Shown here piece by piece: positions 12,630 to 21,570 of a DNA stretch of 35,922 nt. Made by a program: the position numbers and the translations under genes. Source of the DNA: Hyphomicrobiaceae bacterium (GTDB lineage Bacteria > Pseudomonadota > Gammaproteobacteria > Burkholderiales > Thiobacillaceae). The notes below the pieces were generated by a model. It was not told the DNA's origin. It searched no databases and worked only from the letters and a program-made list of their open reading frames with translations. The stretch covers positions 1 through 35,922 of the forward strand of contig JBLMYH010000204.1 in the NCBI GenBank assembly GCA_050258175.1, in the 5' to 3' direction. The number at the start of each line of letters is the position of its first letter. Positions within the stretch are counted from its first letter, which is position 1.

Positions 12630-13755
12630 CGATACCCCTTTGCCTGCGGCGCTCCGCGCGCTCTGCCTCGACACCGGCAAAAAGCGGCCAGTCTTCAGCG
12701 TCGAGTGCGTACGGCGTATCCAGCTGTCCGCCCCTCAATGCGCGGTCGACGAGATAGGCAGCGTTGGGCGCGTGAAGGTCTTCCGGCACGCGCTGTCCGC
12801 CCGTGATATAGGCCAGCGGCAGACGATGGCGAATCACGCTGTCGAGCGCCGCGCCGGGCTGCGGCGCTTCATCCAGCTTGCTCAGAATACAGGCGGCCGC
12901 ACCCTCGCCAAAACGTAGCATCGCCTGCTCGATCGCGGCCCCTTGCTGGCTCGCGGCGATCACTGCGAGGCGGCGTATGCCCATTGCATCGAGTGCCCGC
13001 CCCACGCGGGCGCGCGGGTCGGAAGGCGCAAAGCCCGCGGTGTCGATCAGTACCAGTTTCTTGGTGGCGAGCTCCGGCGACAGTCGCGCCAATGCGGCCT
13101 GGTCCTCACACACATGCAGCGATACCCCCAGCAGATCGGCATATACCTTCAATTGGGCCGTTGCACCGATACGGTAAGCATCCGCTGCCACCAGTGCCAC
13201 CTGATCCACCCCATGCACATCGACGCCGCGTTCGGCGAGTTTGGCAAGCGTCGTGGTCTTGCCCGAACCGGTCGGGCCGACCAGCGCGTAGCGCCCGCCC
13301 CTTCGCAACAGATCGGCTTCGCGCCCCTGCACCGGCAAATTGCGTATCAACACCTGGCGCAGCCAGCGCTGCGCGGCCTCGGTCTCGAGCCCGCGCGGCA
13401 GGCGCGCGGCCAGGGTACGGGCGAGCGCGCTGCCGAACCCGGCCGCGAACAGTGTTTGCATCACCGCCACCCGCACCGGGTCGCGCCGTCTGGCGGAGCC
13501 CCACGCGAAGCCGGCCAGCTGGTTCTGCAGCAGTCCGCGCAGCCGCGACAACTCGCCCAGAATGCGCGAACTTCCGGCCGTGTCGGGCGCCTCGCTGACG
13601 GCGGGTACTGTCAGGTCGCCGTAGGCGCTGGCCAGCAGTTCGACGCCCTCTCCATGCTGCCGGGTGGACAGCACCACGGCGTCATCGCCCAATTCCCTGC
13701 GTACGCGCGCCAGGCCTTCGCGCGCATTCGCCGCGACGAATACCCGCACGCTCAT
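12619..13755 (-). CDS. flhF: Flagellar SRP-family GTPase FlhF
   Basis: VRRELGDDAVVLS N-terminus; GPTGSGKTTTLAKLA, DAYRIGA, DTAG, SKLDE, GQRVPEDL. Confidence 0.95.
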   Translation of the reverse strand: MSVRVFVAANAREGLARVRRELGDDAVVLSTRQHGEGVELLASAYGDLTVPAVSEAPDTAGSSRILGELSRLRGLLQNQLAGFAWGSARRRDPVRVAVMQTLFAAGFGSALARTLAARLPRGLETEAAQRWLRQVLIRNLPVQGREADLLRRGGRYALVGPTGSGKTTTLAKLAERGVDVHGVDQVALVAADAYRIGATAQLKVYADLLGVSLHVCEDQAALARLSPELATKKLVLIDTAGFAPSDPRARVGRALDAMGIRRLAVIAASQQGAAIEQAMLRFGEGAAACILSKLDEAPQPGAALDSVIRHRLPLAYITGGQRVPEDLHAPNAAYLVDRALRGGQLDTPYALDAEDWPLFAGVEAERAERRRQRGIDAG

Positions 13756-15830
13756 TCGCGCTCCCCGATCACCAGTTCCGTGCTCACCTGGACCATTTTA
13801 TCGGCAGGCACCTCAGCATAGGCAATCACCGAAAGCAGCGGCAGATGGCGCCGCAACAGCCGCGACAGCGTGGCGCGCAGGCCGGGCGAGGTCAGCAGCA
13901 CCGGCGGGTAGCCTGCGGCCTCCTGCTCAGCGAGCGCACGTTCGGCGGCTTCGTTCAATGCATCCAGCGTGGCTGGGGACAACAACGCCTCGCCTTCGTC
14001 GCCCATTTCGTTCAGCAAACGGGTTTCGGTTGCGGCAGCCAAGCCCATCACATGCAGCATATTGCTACCTTCGAACAGGCGGTCGACGATGCTGCGCCCC
14101 AGCGCCGCGCGCACGGTTTCCACCAGTTCGTCGATCGCCTGGCTTTTCGGCGCACGCGCCGCCAGCGTTTCGAACAGAGTGCGGGTGTCGCGGATCGAGA
14201 CATTTTCCGCTATCAGTTGCTGCAGCACTGCCTGCACGCTGGTCAACGGCAGGTGGCGCGGCGTCACGTCCTCGACCAGTCCCGGATGGCTCCGCGCCAG
14301 GGTGTCGAGCAACTGCTGGACTTCGGTGCGCCCCAGCAGTTCTGCCGCATGCAGGCGGAACACGGCCTCGACCTGGCGCGCGATCAACTCGGCGGGCTCC
14401 AGCACGACAAAGCCGCGCAGTTCGGCTTCTTCCACCCGGCTGGCGTCGATCCATATCCCCGCCAGTCCGGTCAGCGGATCCGTCCCCGCTGCGCCGTCGA
14501 TGCGCCCGAGCACGTCGCCCATGTCGACCGCCAGAACTTGGCCGGTGGGCATCTCGCCGTGTGCCACATCGACCCCCTTGAGCGTGATGCGATAGGTGCT
14601 GGGCTTGAGCTCAAGATTGTCACGCACGCGGATGAGCGGCACCACCAGCCCCATATCGGTGGCAAAGCGGCGCCGCGCTTCGGTGATCTTGCTCAGCGCG
14701 GCGCCGCCCTGATTGCGGTCCACCAGCGGAATCAGCCGGTAGCCGACTTCGAGCGCCAGTACATCGACCGGTGGAATGTCGTCCCAGCTGACATCGGTCG
14801 GTGCGCTATCCACCTCCGTCAGATCCGGCGGCACAACGTCAAACGCTGCCGCACGCTGGCGGCGCATCAGCCAGAATCCCAGCCCCGCCAGCGCCGCGGC
14901 GATGGACACAAAGGCCAGATGCGGCGTACCCGGCATCACACCCAGCGCTCCCAGCACTGCAGCCGCCACATACAGCGTTTGCGGGCGACCGAAAATCTGG
15001 GTGGAGAATTCGCGCGACAGATCCTGCTCGCTCGACGCACGGCTCACGACGATGCCTGCCGCAGTGGAAATGACCAACGCGGGGATCTGCGTCACCAGCC
15101 CGTCGCCCACGGTCAACAGCGCATAGCGTCCGAGCGCTTCGGAGAGCCCCAGGTTATGCTGCAGCAGACCCACTGCAATGCCGCCGATCAGGTTGACCAC
15201 CAGGATGATCATGCCGGCGATCGCATCGCCGCGCACGAATTTGGAGGCACCGTCCATCGCGCCGTAGAAGTCGGATTCCCGTCCGATGTCGCTGCGGCGC
15301 GCACGCGCCTCGGTCTCGTTGATGAAGCCGGCGTTCAGGTCGGCATCGACCGCCAGCTGCTTGCCAGGCATCGAGTCCAGCGTAAAGCGCGCAGCCACCT
15401 CGGCGATGCGTCCGGCCCCCTTCGTGATGACGACGAAGTTGATGATGACGAGGATGACAAACACCACGAAGCCGACCGCGATGTTGCCGCCAACCAGAAA
15501 ATTGCCAAAAGACTCGATCACCTTGCCGGCCGCCTCCGGACCGGTATGGCCGCGCATCAGGATGATGCGGGTGGAGGCCACGTTGAGCGACAGGCGCAGC
15601 AGCGTGGTCAGCAACAGCACTGTCGGAAACACCGAGAAATCCAGCGGACGCCGCGCGTTCAGGCTTACGAGAAGAACGATCATCGCGAGCGCGATGTTGA
15701 GCGTGAACAGCACATCGAGCATGACGGTAGGCAACGGCAGCACCATCATCGCCAGAATGAGCAGCACCAGCGCCGGTACCGCGAGCCGGTTCGCCGGCAG
15801 GCCCATCACCATCACACCCTGCGCACTCAC
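13752..15830 (-). CDS. flhA: Flagellar export gate protein FlhA
   Basis: DFSVFPTVLLLTTLLRLSLNVASTR, EVAARFTLDSMPGKQ, DFYGAMDGASKFVRGDAIAG, GDGLVTQIPAL, LEVGYRLIPLVD; GTG start overlaps the flhB stop. Confidence 0.96.
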   Translation of the reverse strand: MSAQGVMVMGLPANRLAVPALVLLILAMMVLPLPTVMLDVLFTLNIALAMIVLLVSLNARRPLDFSVFPTVLLLTTLLRLSLNVASTRIILMRGHTGPEAAGKVIESFGNFLVGGNIAVGFVVFVILVIINFVVITKGAGRIAEVAARFTLDSMPGKQLAVDADLNAGFINETEARARRSDIGRESDFYGAMDGASKFVRGDAIAGMIILVVNLIGGIAVGLLQHNLGLSEALGRYALLTVGDGLVTQIPALVISTAAGIVVSRASSEQDLSREFSTQIFGRPQTLYVAAAVLGALGVMPGTPHLAFVSIAAALAGLGFWLMRRQRAAAFDVVPPDLTEVDSAPTDVSWDDIPPVDVLALEVGYRLIPLVDRNQGGAALSKITEARRRFATDMGLVVPLIRVRDNLELKPSTYRITLKGVDVAHGEMPTGQVLAVDMGDVLGRIDGAAGTDPLTGLAGIWIDASRVEEAELRGFVVLEPAELIARQVEAVFRLHAAELLGRTEVQQLLDTLARSHPGLVEDVTPRHLPLTSVQAVLQQLIAENVSIRDTRTLFETLAARAPKSQAIDELVETVRAALGRSIVDRLFEGSNMLHVMGLAAATETRLLNEMGDEGEALLSPATLDALNEAAERALAEQEAAGYPPVLLTSPGLRATLSRLLRRHLPLLSVIAYAEVPADKMVQVSTELVIGERE

Positions 15831-16591
15831 CCGATCACCTCGTCAACACTTTGGCTGGCCCGCTTCTGGCGGCCGCGCATCTGCGCCCGTACCTCAGGAT
15901 GCACTTCGGATTGCCGCGCCTCGGCCAGCACTTCCTGCCAAGTCATCGCATGCCGCCGCAGATAGCGCCACCAGCGCCAGCCGGCATCCACTGCCGCCGC
16001 CAGCGCCAGCGCGGCCGCCAGCGCAAGTATCCCCCGCCCCACCCAGGCAGCCGTTGCGTCGAGCGCGACGCTCATTTCGTTGCGGCCCAGGCGCTGGAGC
16101 CCTGGCCAGCCGTTCGCCAGCACCCAACCCACCACAGCAGCGGCGAGCGCCAGTTTCAACAGCATCAGTGAGCCATCGAACAGCGAGTCGACGGTAAACA
16201 GCCGGGTAAGGGGCTTGAAGGGGTTAGCGCGGGTCAGATCAGCCTGGGTGATCTGGGGTGAAAACACCCAGCCCGAAAGCAGGATGGGGGCCACCAGAGC
16301 CGCGGCGAAAATAACGGCCAGAACCGGCAGAACAGCCCACAGCGCAGACCAGGCCGCTTGAAGAAAGACCGGGGATAGCGGCTGCGTTGCATGCCTGAAC
16401 GCTGCTTCGGTCAGGGCCTGCAGCGCGTTGAGCAGGCGCGGCGCCAACCAGCCCAGCATGCCCAGCGCCGCCAGCAACACCGCCCACGCCGTGAGTTCCG
16501 CAGAACGCGGCACGTCGCCCGCGCTGCGCGCCTGTTGCAGGCGCCGCGGGCTTGCAGGTTCGGTGCGGGAAAGATCTGTCTCCTCGGCCAT
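15827..16591 (-). CDS. flhB: FlhB, C-terminally truncated (transmembrane region and CN linker only, no NPTH, no CC domain)
   Basis: RTEPASPRRLQQARSAGDVPRSAEL, LSGWVFS...NPFKPLTRLF and AMTWQEV...PEVRAQMR match the FlhB N-terminal part; ends at 254 aa (VDEVIG stop). Confidence 0.85.
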   Translation of the reverse strand: MAEETDLSRTEPASPRRLQQARSAGDVPRSAELTAWAVLLAALGMLGWLAPRLLNALQALTEAAFRHATQPLSPVFLQAAWSALWAVLPVLAVIFAAALVAPILLSGWVFSPQITQADLTRANPFKPLTRLFTVDSLFDGSLMLLKLALAAAVVGWVLANGWPGLQRLGRNEMSVALDATAAWVGRGILALAAALALAAAVDAGWRWWRYLRRHAMTWQEVLAEARQSEVHPEVRAQMRGRQKRASQSVDEVIG

Positions 16592-16971
16592 GCTCGTCTC
16601 GAATTTTGAAGGAGTCTAGCATGAGGCAGGGAAGGGTTTTGTGCCATTCGGATTGGCTGAAGACAGGAACGGGGTTCCCCGAGCGGCCTCTCTGGCACTC
16701 TGCTCGCCCGAGGCCGGATGAATTCCGGAAGACTCAAGTCTGCGGCGCCGTTGCCGGCGCCAGTGACACGGCAGAAGAGTCCGGCATTGTGCGGTCGGCA
16801 GGTCTCGGCGCGCGGTACGACTTCATCCCTGCGGTGAAGTTCCGCCTGGGATCGGAGGCTGGCAACCCGGATTTGACGGGGACGGTGACGGTGACGCTGG
16901 CGGAGCGGATCTCGACCTCATCCTGGCTGGAGTCGCTTATAAATTCTCATGCATTCGCAATACCTTCAGCA

Positions 16972-17003
16972 TAACGAAAGGGGGCGGAAGCCCCCTTTCG
17001 TTA
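16972..17003. terminator. Probable bidirectional intrinsic terminator ending the isc operon
   Basis: Perfect 14-bp inverted repeat TAACGAAAGGGGGC-GGAA-GCCCCCTTTCGTTA, about 33 nt after the iscX stop. Confidence 0.85.
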
Positions 17004-17036
17004 ACTGCCCTCCGTGGGCCAGCCCAGATAATACCG

Positions 17037-17231
17037 TCAGCTCACCTCGTCGATCCATGCCATCTGGATCGCCTCGAGGATTTTCTCGCCGGAATGGTTT
17101 GGGTCATCGTCAAAATCGGGTAGTTCCATCACCCAGTTATGCAGATCCGTGAAACGGATGGTGCGCGGATCGATTTCAGGGTGGGCCTCGGCGAGTTCGA
17201 TGGCAATGTCGAGGGAATCTGTCCATTTCAT
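17037..17231 (-). CDS. iscX: Fe-S cluster assembly protein IscX (YfhJ)
   Basis: MKWTDSLDIAIELAEAHPEIDP...RFTDLHNWV...SGEKILEAIQMAWIDE; last gene of the isc operon. Confidence 0.96.
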   Translation of the reverse strand: MKWTDSLDIAIELAEAHPEIDPRTIRFTDLHNWVMELPDFDDDPNHSGEKILEAIQMAWIDEVS

Positions 17232-17232
17232 A

Positions 17233-17571
17233 TCAATGACCTTCCTTGACCATGTTGATGGTGTATTTGGGAATTTCGATCACCAGGTCGCTCCCGTTCA
17301 CGCGCGCCTGGCACGACAGCCGCGACTGCGGCTCAAGCCCCCAGGCCTTGTCGAGCAGATCGTCCTCTTCTTCGGTGGACGGCGCCAGCGAATTGAAGCC
17401 TTCGCGCACGATGACGTGACAGGTGGTGCAGGCGCAGGATTTTTCGCAGGCGTGTTCGATCTCGACGCCATTGGCGAGCAGGGTGTCGCAGATGGTGTCG
17501 CCGGGTTTGGCCTCGATCACGGCGCCTTCGGGGCAGAGTTCGACGTGGGGTAGTACGATCAATTGGGGCAT
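17233..17571 (-). CDS. fdx: ISC system 2Fe-2S ferredoxin
   Basis: IEHACEKSCACTTCHVIVREG, LDKAWGLEPQSRLSCQA, IPKYTIN. Confidence 0.97.
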   Translation of the reverse strand: MPQLIVLPHVELCPEGAVIEAKPGDTICDTLLANGVEIEHACEKSCACTTCHVIVREGFNSLAPSTEEEDDLLDKAWGLEPQSRLSCQARVNGSDLVIEIPKYTINMVKEGH

Positions 17572-17572
17572 A

Positions 17573-18346
17573 TCAGGCCGCTTTGGAGTGTTGGCTAGGC
17601 AGGGCGGCGAGTACGCCGTCCCAGAATTGTAAGCGCGCGTTCACTGCGGCGGCGGCGGCGGCTTCGGCTTCGCGCCACTTGCCGGCGTCGCCACCACACA
17701 ATGCGGCAAGCAGGCGCAGCGACAGCGGCGCGTGGAAATCCTCGTCCAGGTGGACGTGGCGGTTGAGATAGTAGTGGAAGCTCGGCGCCTGCGCCTCGGT
17801 CACCGCCATGCGCGCCAAGAAAGCGCGGAACATCGACGGGATCACGTGCTCGCGGCCGAGCGCCAGCGCAGCGGCAACGGCATGTGGCTTGCCGCTGTCG
17901 ATGAAATCGAAGGTGCTGCGGGTGAACGCGTTGGACGGCGCTGGCGCGAGCCCGGAAGCCAGCGCGGCATCGATGCCCTGCTCGCCCGCGATATCGACGA
18001 AACGCGCCGGGGTGGCCGCATCGGCACCGACCTCGCGCATGGCGGCGAGATACAGCATGAAGTGGCTGGTAAAGCCCTCCTCGCCAGGCAGCGCGACGTC
18101 GGTTTCCTCTTCCAGCACCAGTTCGTTGATGAAGCGCTGCACCGATGCATCGCCGCGCGGCGCCCACGGCCAGCGCGCGGGGGCGACGGTGTGCTGCAGA
18201 TATTTGATCAGCGACATGAAGTCCCACACCGAATAGACATGGTGCTGCATGAACACGCGCAAGTCTTCCAGTGTCTGCACGGCGGCGTAGATCGGATGCG
18301 CCTCAAGCTTCATCCGCAGGGATTCGATGAAATCGTCGTTCAACAT
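17573..18346 (-). CDS. DUF3050-like protein, predicted heme-oxygenase-like di-iron fold
   Basis: HPIY...FMQHHVYSVWDFMSLIKYLQ...PWAP, RFINELVLEEETD...SHF, GREHVIPSMF and YYLNRHVHLDEDFHAPL match my recollection of DUF3050. Start placed at ATG 18346. Confidence 0.85.
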   Translation of the reverse strand: MLNDDFIESLRMKLEAHPIYAAVQTLEDLRVFMQHHVYSVWDFMSLIKYLQHTVAPARWPWAPRGDASVQRFINELVLEEETDVALPGEEGFTSHFMLYLAAMREVGADAATPARFVDIAGEQGIDAALASGLAPAPSNAFTRSTFDFIDSGKPHAVAAALALGREHVIPSMFRAFLARMAVTEAQAPSFHYYLNRHVHLDEDFHAPLSLRLLAALCGGDAGKWREAEAAAAAAVNARLQFWDGVLAALPSQHSKAA

Positions 18347-18362
18347 GATGCTTCCAGACTGC

Positions 18363-20225
18363 TTAGCCAAAGGTTTCCAGTTTCTGTCCGGCCATTGCAC
18401 GGCGCACGTTCTGGTCCATTCGGCGCTGGGCAAATTCGGTGGTGGCAGCGTTCAGCGCCTCGATGCCGCGCTTGATGGCCTGATGGTCGCCCCCCCCCAT
18501 CAGTTTTTCAAGGGCGACGATGCTGGCCTCGATCGTTGCGGTTTCGGCTTCGTTCAGCAGCGCGCCGTCTTCCGCCATGGCGGCCCGGGTGGCGGCGATC
18601 AGGCCCTGAGCGTCGACGATCTGTTCGTTCAGCGCACGGGCATACATGTCGTCCTTGGCATGGGTGAACGCGTCCTTCAGCATGCGGGTGATGTCCTCGT
18701 CACCCAGGCCATACGAAGGCTTGACCTGCACGCTGGCCTCGACGCCACTGCTCTGCTCGCGCGCTGCCACCGACAGCAGGCCGTCGGCGTCGACCTGGAA
18801 GGTGACGCGAATGCGTGCCGCACCCGCCACCATGGGGGGGATGCCGCGCAGTTCAAAGCGCGCCAGCGAGCGGCAGTCGGCGGCGAGTTCGCGTTCGCCC
18901 TGCAGCACGTGGACGCTCATTGCCGTCTGCCCGTCCTTGAAGGTGGTGAAGTCCTGCGCGCGCGCGGTCGGAATCGTGGTATTGCGCGGGATGACCTTTT
19001 CCGTCAGACCGCCCATGGTTTCGAGCCCGAGCGATAGCGGAATGACATCGAGCAGCAGCCAGTCGTCGCCGGCACGGTTGCCCGCCAACACGTCGGCCTG
19101 CATCGCGGCACCGAGCGCGACGACCTTATCAGGATCGAGGTTGGTCAGCGGCGTCTGCTTGAAAAAGTCGGCGACGGCCTGGCGGATGCAGGGCATGCGG
19201 GTCGAGCCGCCTACCATCACCACGCCCTTGACCTGGTCGACGGCCAGGCCGGCGTCGCGCAGCGCCTTGCGCGTCGGCGCCAGTGTCTTGCTGACCAGGC
19301 TGGCGGTCATGGCGTTGAACTCGGCCTGGGTCAGCGTCGCATCCATCATCTCGCCGGTCGAGAGCACAGCGGTTACGCGCACCTCGGTGTGTTCGGTCAG
19401 CGCTTCCTTGGCATCGCGCGCCTTGGTCAGCAACAGCCGCATGTCGCTCGCCGACAGCGGCGCGAAGCGGCCCTGCTCGAGCATCCAGCAGAATATGCGC
19501 TGGTCGAAGTCGTCGCCGCCGAGCGCCGAGTCGCCGTTGGTTGCGAGCACTTCGAACACGCCCTTGGACAGCTTGAGGATGGAAATGTCGAAGGTCCCGC
19601 CGCCGAGGTCATACACGGCGTAGACGCCCTCGGATGCGTTGTCGAGCCCGTAGGCGATCGCGGCCGCAGTCGGCTCGTTCAACAGGCGCAACACATTGAG
19701 GCCGGCCAATTGCGCGGCGTCCTTGGTGGCCTGGCGCTGGGCATCGTCAAAATAGGCGGGCACGGTGATCACTGCGCCGACCAGTTCACCGCCCATGGCG
19801 GTTTCGGCACGCTGACGCAGCACCCTGAGAATCTCGGCCGACACTTCGACCGGGCTTTTCACGCCGGCGGCGGTCTTGAGCTGCAACATCCCGGGGGCAT
19901 CGACGAAGCGATACGGCAGGCTGGCGATATCGTCGATATCGCCAATGCCGCGCCCCATGAAGCGCTTCACCGAGACGATGGTGTTGTGAGGGTCGTTGTT
20001 CTGCGCGGACTGGGCGGCATATCCCACATCCGCACTGCCGTTGGCGTGGTAGCGCACCACCGAAGGCAGCAGCGAATGCCCGGCTTCGTCGTCCAGGACC
20101 ACGGACAGGCCGGAGCGTACCGTGGCCACCAGCGAATTGGTCGTGCCCAAGTCGATCCCCACAGCCAGACGATGCTGGTGCGGGGCGGTGGACATGCCGG
20201 GTTCGGCAATCTGCAGCAAAGCCAT
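18363..20225 (-). CDS. hscA: Fe-S protein assembly chaperone HscA (Hsp70 family)
   Basis: [73 protein letters not shown]. Start placed at ATG 20225. Confidence 0.97.
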   Translation of the reverse strand: MALLQIAEPGMSTAPHQHRLAVGIDLGTTNSLVATVRSGLSVVLDDEAGHSLLPSVVRYHANGSADVGYAAQSAQNNDPHNTIVSVKRFMGRGIGDIDDIASLPYRFVDAPGMLQLKTAAGVKSPVEVSAEILRVLRQRAETAMGGELVGAVITVPAYFDDAQRQATKDAAQLAGLNVLRLLNEPTAAAIAYGLDNASEGVYAVYDLGGGTFDISILKLSKGVFEVLATNGDSALGGDDFDQRIFCWMLEQGRFAPLSASDMRLLLTKARDAKEALTEHTEVRVTAVLSTGEMMDATLTQAEFNAMTASLVSKTLAPTRKALRDAGLAVDQVKGVVMVGGSTRMPCIRQAVADFFKQTPLTNLDPDKVVALGAAMQADVLAGNRAGDDWLLLDVIPLSLGLETMGGLTEKVIPRNTTIPTARAQDFTTFKDGQTAMSVHVLQGERELAADCRSLARFELRGIPPMVAGAARIRVTFQVDADGLLSVAAREQSSGVEASVQVKPSYGLGDEDITRMLKDAFTHAKDDMYARALNEQIVDAQGLIAATRAAMAEDGALLNEAETATIEASIVALEKLMGGGDHQAIKRGIEALNAATTEFAQRRMDQNVRRAMAGQKLETFG

Positions 20226-20226
20226 C

Positions 20227-20754
20227 TTAACTTTCCAGTTCTTCGTAGACGTCGCCAACTTCGGCAATGAGTTTGTCCATGAATCGCAGCTGGCGCACGG
20301 CTTCGGACGCGGCCGCAAAATCGTGCGCCGTATCGATCAACTCGGCCAGCTGTGTCTCGATATCGCGGTGTGCAGCGCGCAGGCCGGCGGACAAGGCGTC
20401 CAGCGCATCCGCGCTCCTTCCGGCGCGCGCCTCCTCAATCGCCTCGCGCCATTCCATCTGCTGCATCAGGAATGCCGGCGCCATTTTGGTGTTGCTCGCT
20501 TCGAGCGCGTCAATTCCCTGCAGTTTCAGGAGATACACGCCGCGGTTCACCGGATGCTTGAGCGTCTGATACGCCTCGTTCACCTGCGTCGCCCATTGCA
20601 TCGCCACCCGCTGCTCGGCTTCCGGCTGGGCAGCAAACCGGTCCGGATGCACCGTGTTTTGCAGTTCGCGGTAAGCGGCATCGAGCCGGTTCCGGTCAAG
20701 CGCATAGGATTGCGGCAGGCCGAAGAGTTCGAAATGGGTCTGGGTCAAATCCAT
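20227..20754 (-). CDS. hscB: Fe-S protein assembly co-chaperone HscB
   Basis: J-domain [41 protein letters not shown]. Confidence 0.96.
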   Translation of the reverse strand: MDLTQTHFELFGLPQSYALDRNRLDAAYRELQNTVHPDRFAAQPEAEQRVAMQWATQVNEAYQTLKHPVNRGVYLLKLQGIDALEASNTKMAPAFLMQQMEWREAIEEARAGRSADALDALSAGLRAAHRDIETQLAELIDTAHDFAAASEAVRQLRFMDKLIAEVGDVYEELES

Positions 20755-20780
20755 GGCTTGGCAGGGTCCGGATGAGGGCG

Positions 20781-20807
20781 GCCATGCCCTGTTACAGATG
20801 GCATGGC
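20781..20807. other. Intergenic stem-loop between iscA and hscB
   Basis: GCCATGCC (20781-20788) pairs with GGCATGGC (20800-20807), with an inner CTG-TTA-CAG; no U-tract. Confidence 0.5.
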
Positions 20808-20835
20808 GTGGACTGCACCCCCTGGCTCGCGAAAA

Positions 20836-21159
20836 TCAGACGTTAAACGACTCGCCGCAGCCGCACTCGTTCTTCACGTTCGGGTTGTTGAACTTGAAGC
20901 CTTCGTTGAGGCCCTCGCGGGCATAGTCGAGCTCGGTCCCGTCGATATAAGGCAGGCTTTTCGGGTCGACGAAAACGGTGACACCATGGCTAGTGAACAC
21001 CTCGTCGCCTTCCGGCACCTCATCGGCAAACTCCAGCTTGTAGGCCATACCGGAGCAGCCAGTGGTACGCACGCCGAGACGGATGCCGACGCCCTTGCCG
21101 CGTTTGGCCAGGTAGTTCGTGACATGTTGCGCTGCGCGCTCGGACAAGGTCACCGCCAT
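20836..21159 (-). CDS. iscA: A-type Fe-S carrier IscA
   Basis: [37 protein letters not shown]. Confidence 0.97.
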   Translation of the reverse strand: MAVTLSERAAQHVTNYLAKRGKGVGIRLGVRTTGCSGMAYKLEFADEVPEGDEVFTSHGVTVFVDPKSLPYIDGTELDYAREGLNEGFKFNNPNVKNECGCGESFNV

Positions 21160-21162
21160 GGC

Positions 21163-21549
21163 TTACTCCAGACCCTTTTTCTGTTTGTAGTCGGCAACCG
21201 CGGCCTTGATCGCATCTTCGGCAAGGATCGAACAGTGGATCTTGACCGGCGGCAGTGCGAGTTCTTCGGCGATGGCCGTATTCTTGATTTCCATCGCCTG
21301 GTCGAGCGTCTTGCCCTTGACCCATTCGGTCACCAGCGAAGACGAGGCAATCGCCGAGCCACAGCCGTAGGTCTTGAACTTGGCATCTTCGATGCGGCCG
21401 TCGGCACCAACCTTGATCTGCAGCTTCATCACATCGCCGCAGGCCGGCGCGCCGACCATGCCGGTGCCGACACCCTCGTCTTCCTTGGCGAAGGAGCCGA
21501 CGTTGCGGGGGTTTTCGTAATGGTCGAGTACTTTATCGCTGTAGGACAT
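21163..21549 (-). CDS. iscU: Fe-S scaffold IscU
   Basis: HYENPRNVG, GAPACGDVMKLQI, KTYGCGSAIASSS, LPPVKIHCS. Confidence 0.98.
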   Translation of the reverse strand: MSYSDKVLDHYENPRNVGSFAKEDEGVGTGMVGAPACGDVMKLQIKVGADGRIEDAKFKTYGCGSAIASSSLVTEWVKGKTLDQAMEIKNTAIAEELALPPVKIHCSILAEDAIKAAVADYKQKKGLE

Positions 21550-21570
21550 GTGTTCTCCTTCACTTCAAAA

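Noticed and set aside
15790-15850. Frameshift or read-through restoring full-length FlhB
   Set aside because: No NPTH or CC-domain sequence follows the stop in any frame; flhA begins immediately.
16632-16646. Minus-strand TGGCAC upstream of flhB as a sigma-54 promoter
   Set aside because: The -12 GC is absent (TGGCACAAAACCCTT).
16879-16897. Short GACGGT tandem repeat
   Set aside because: Only about three units, compatible with chance; it is neither a CRISPR array nor a convincing phase-variable tract.
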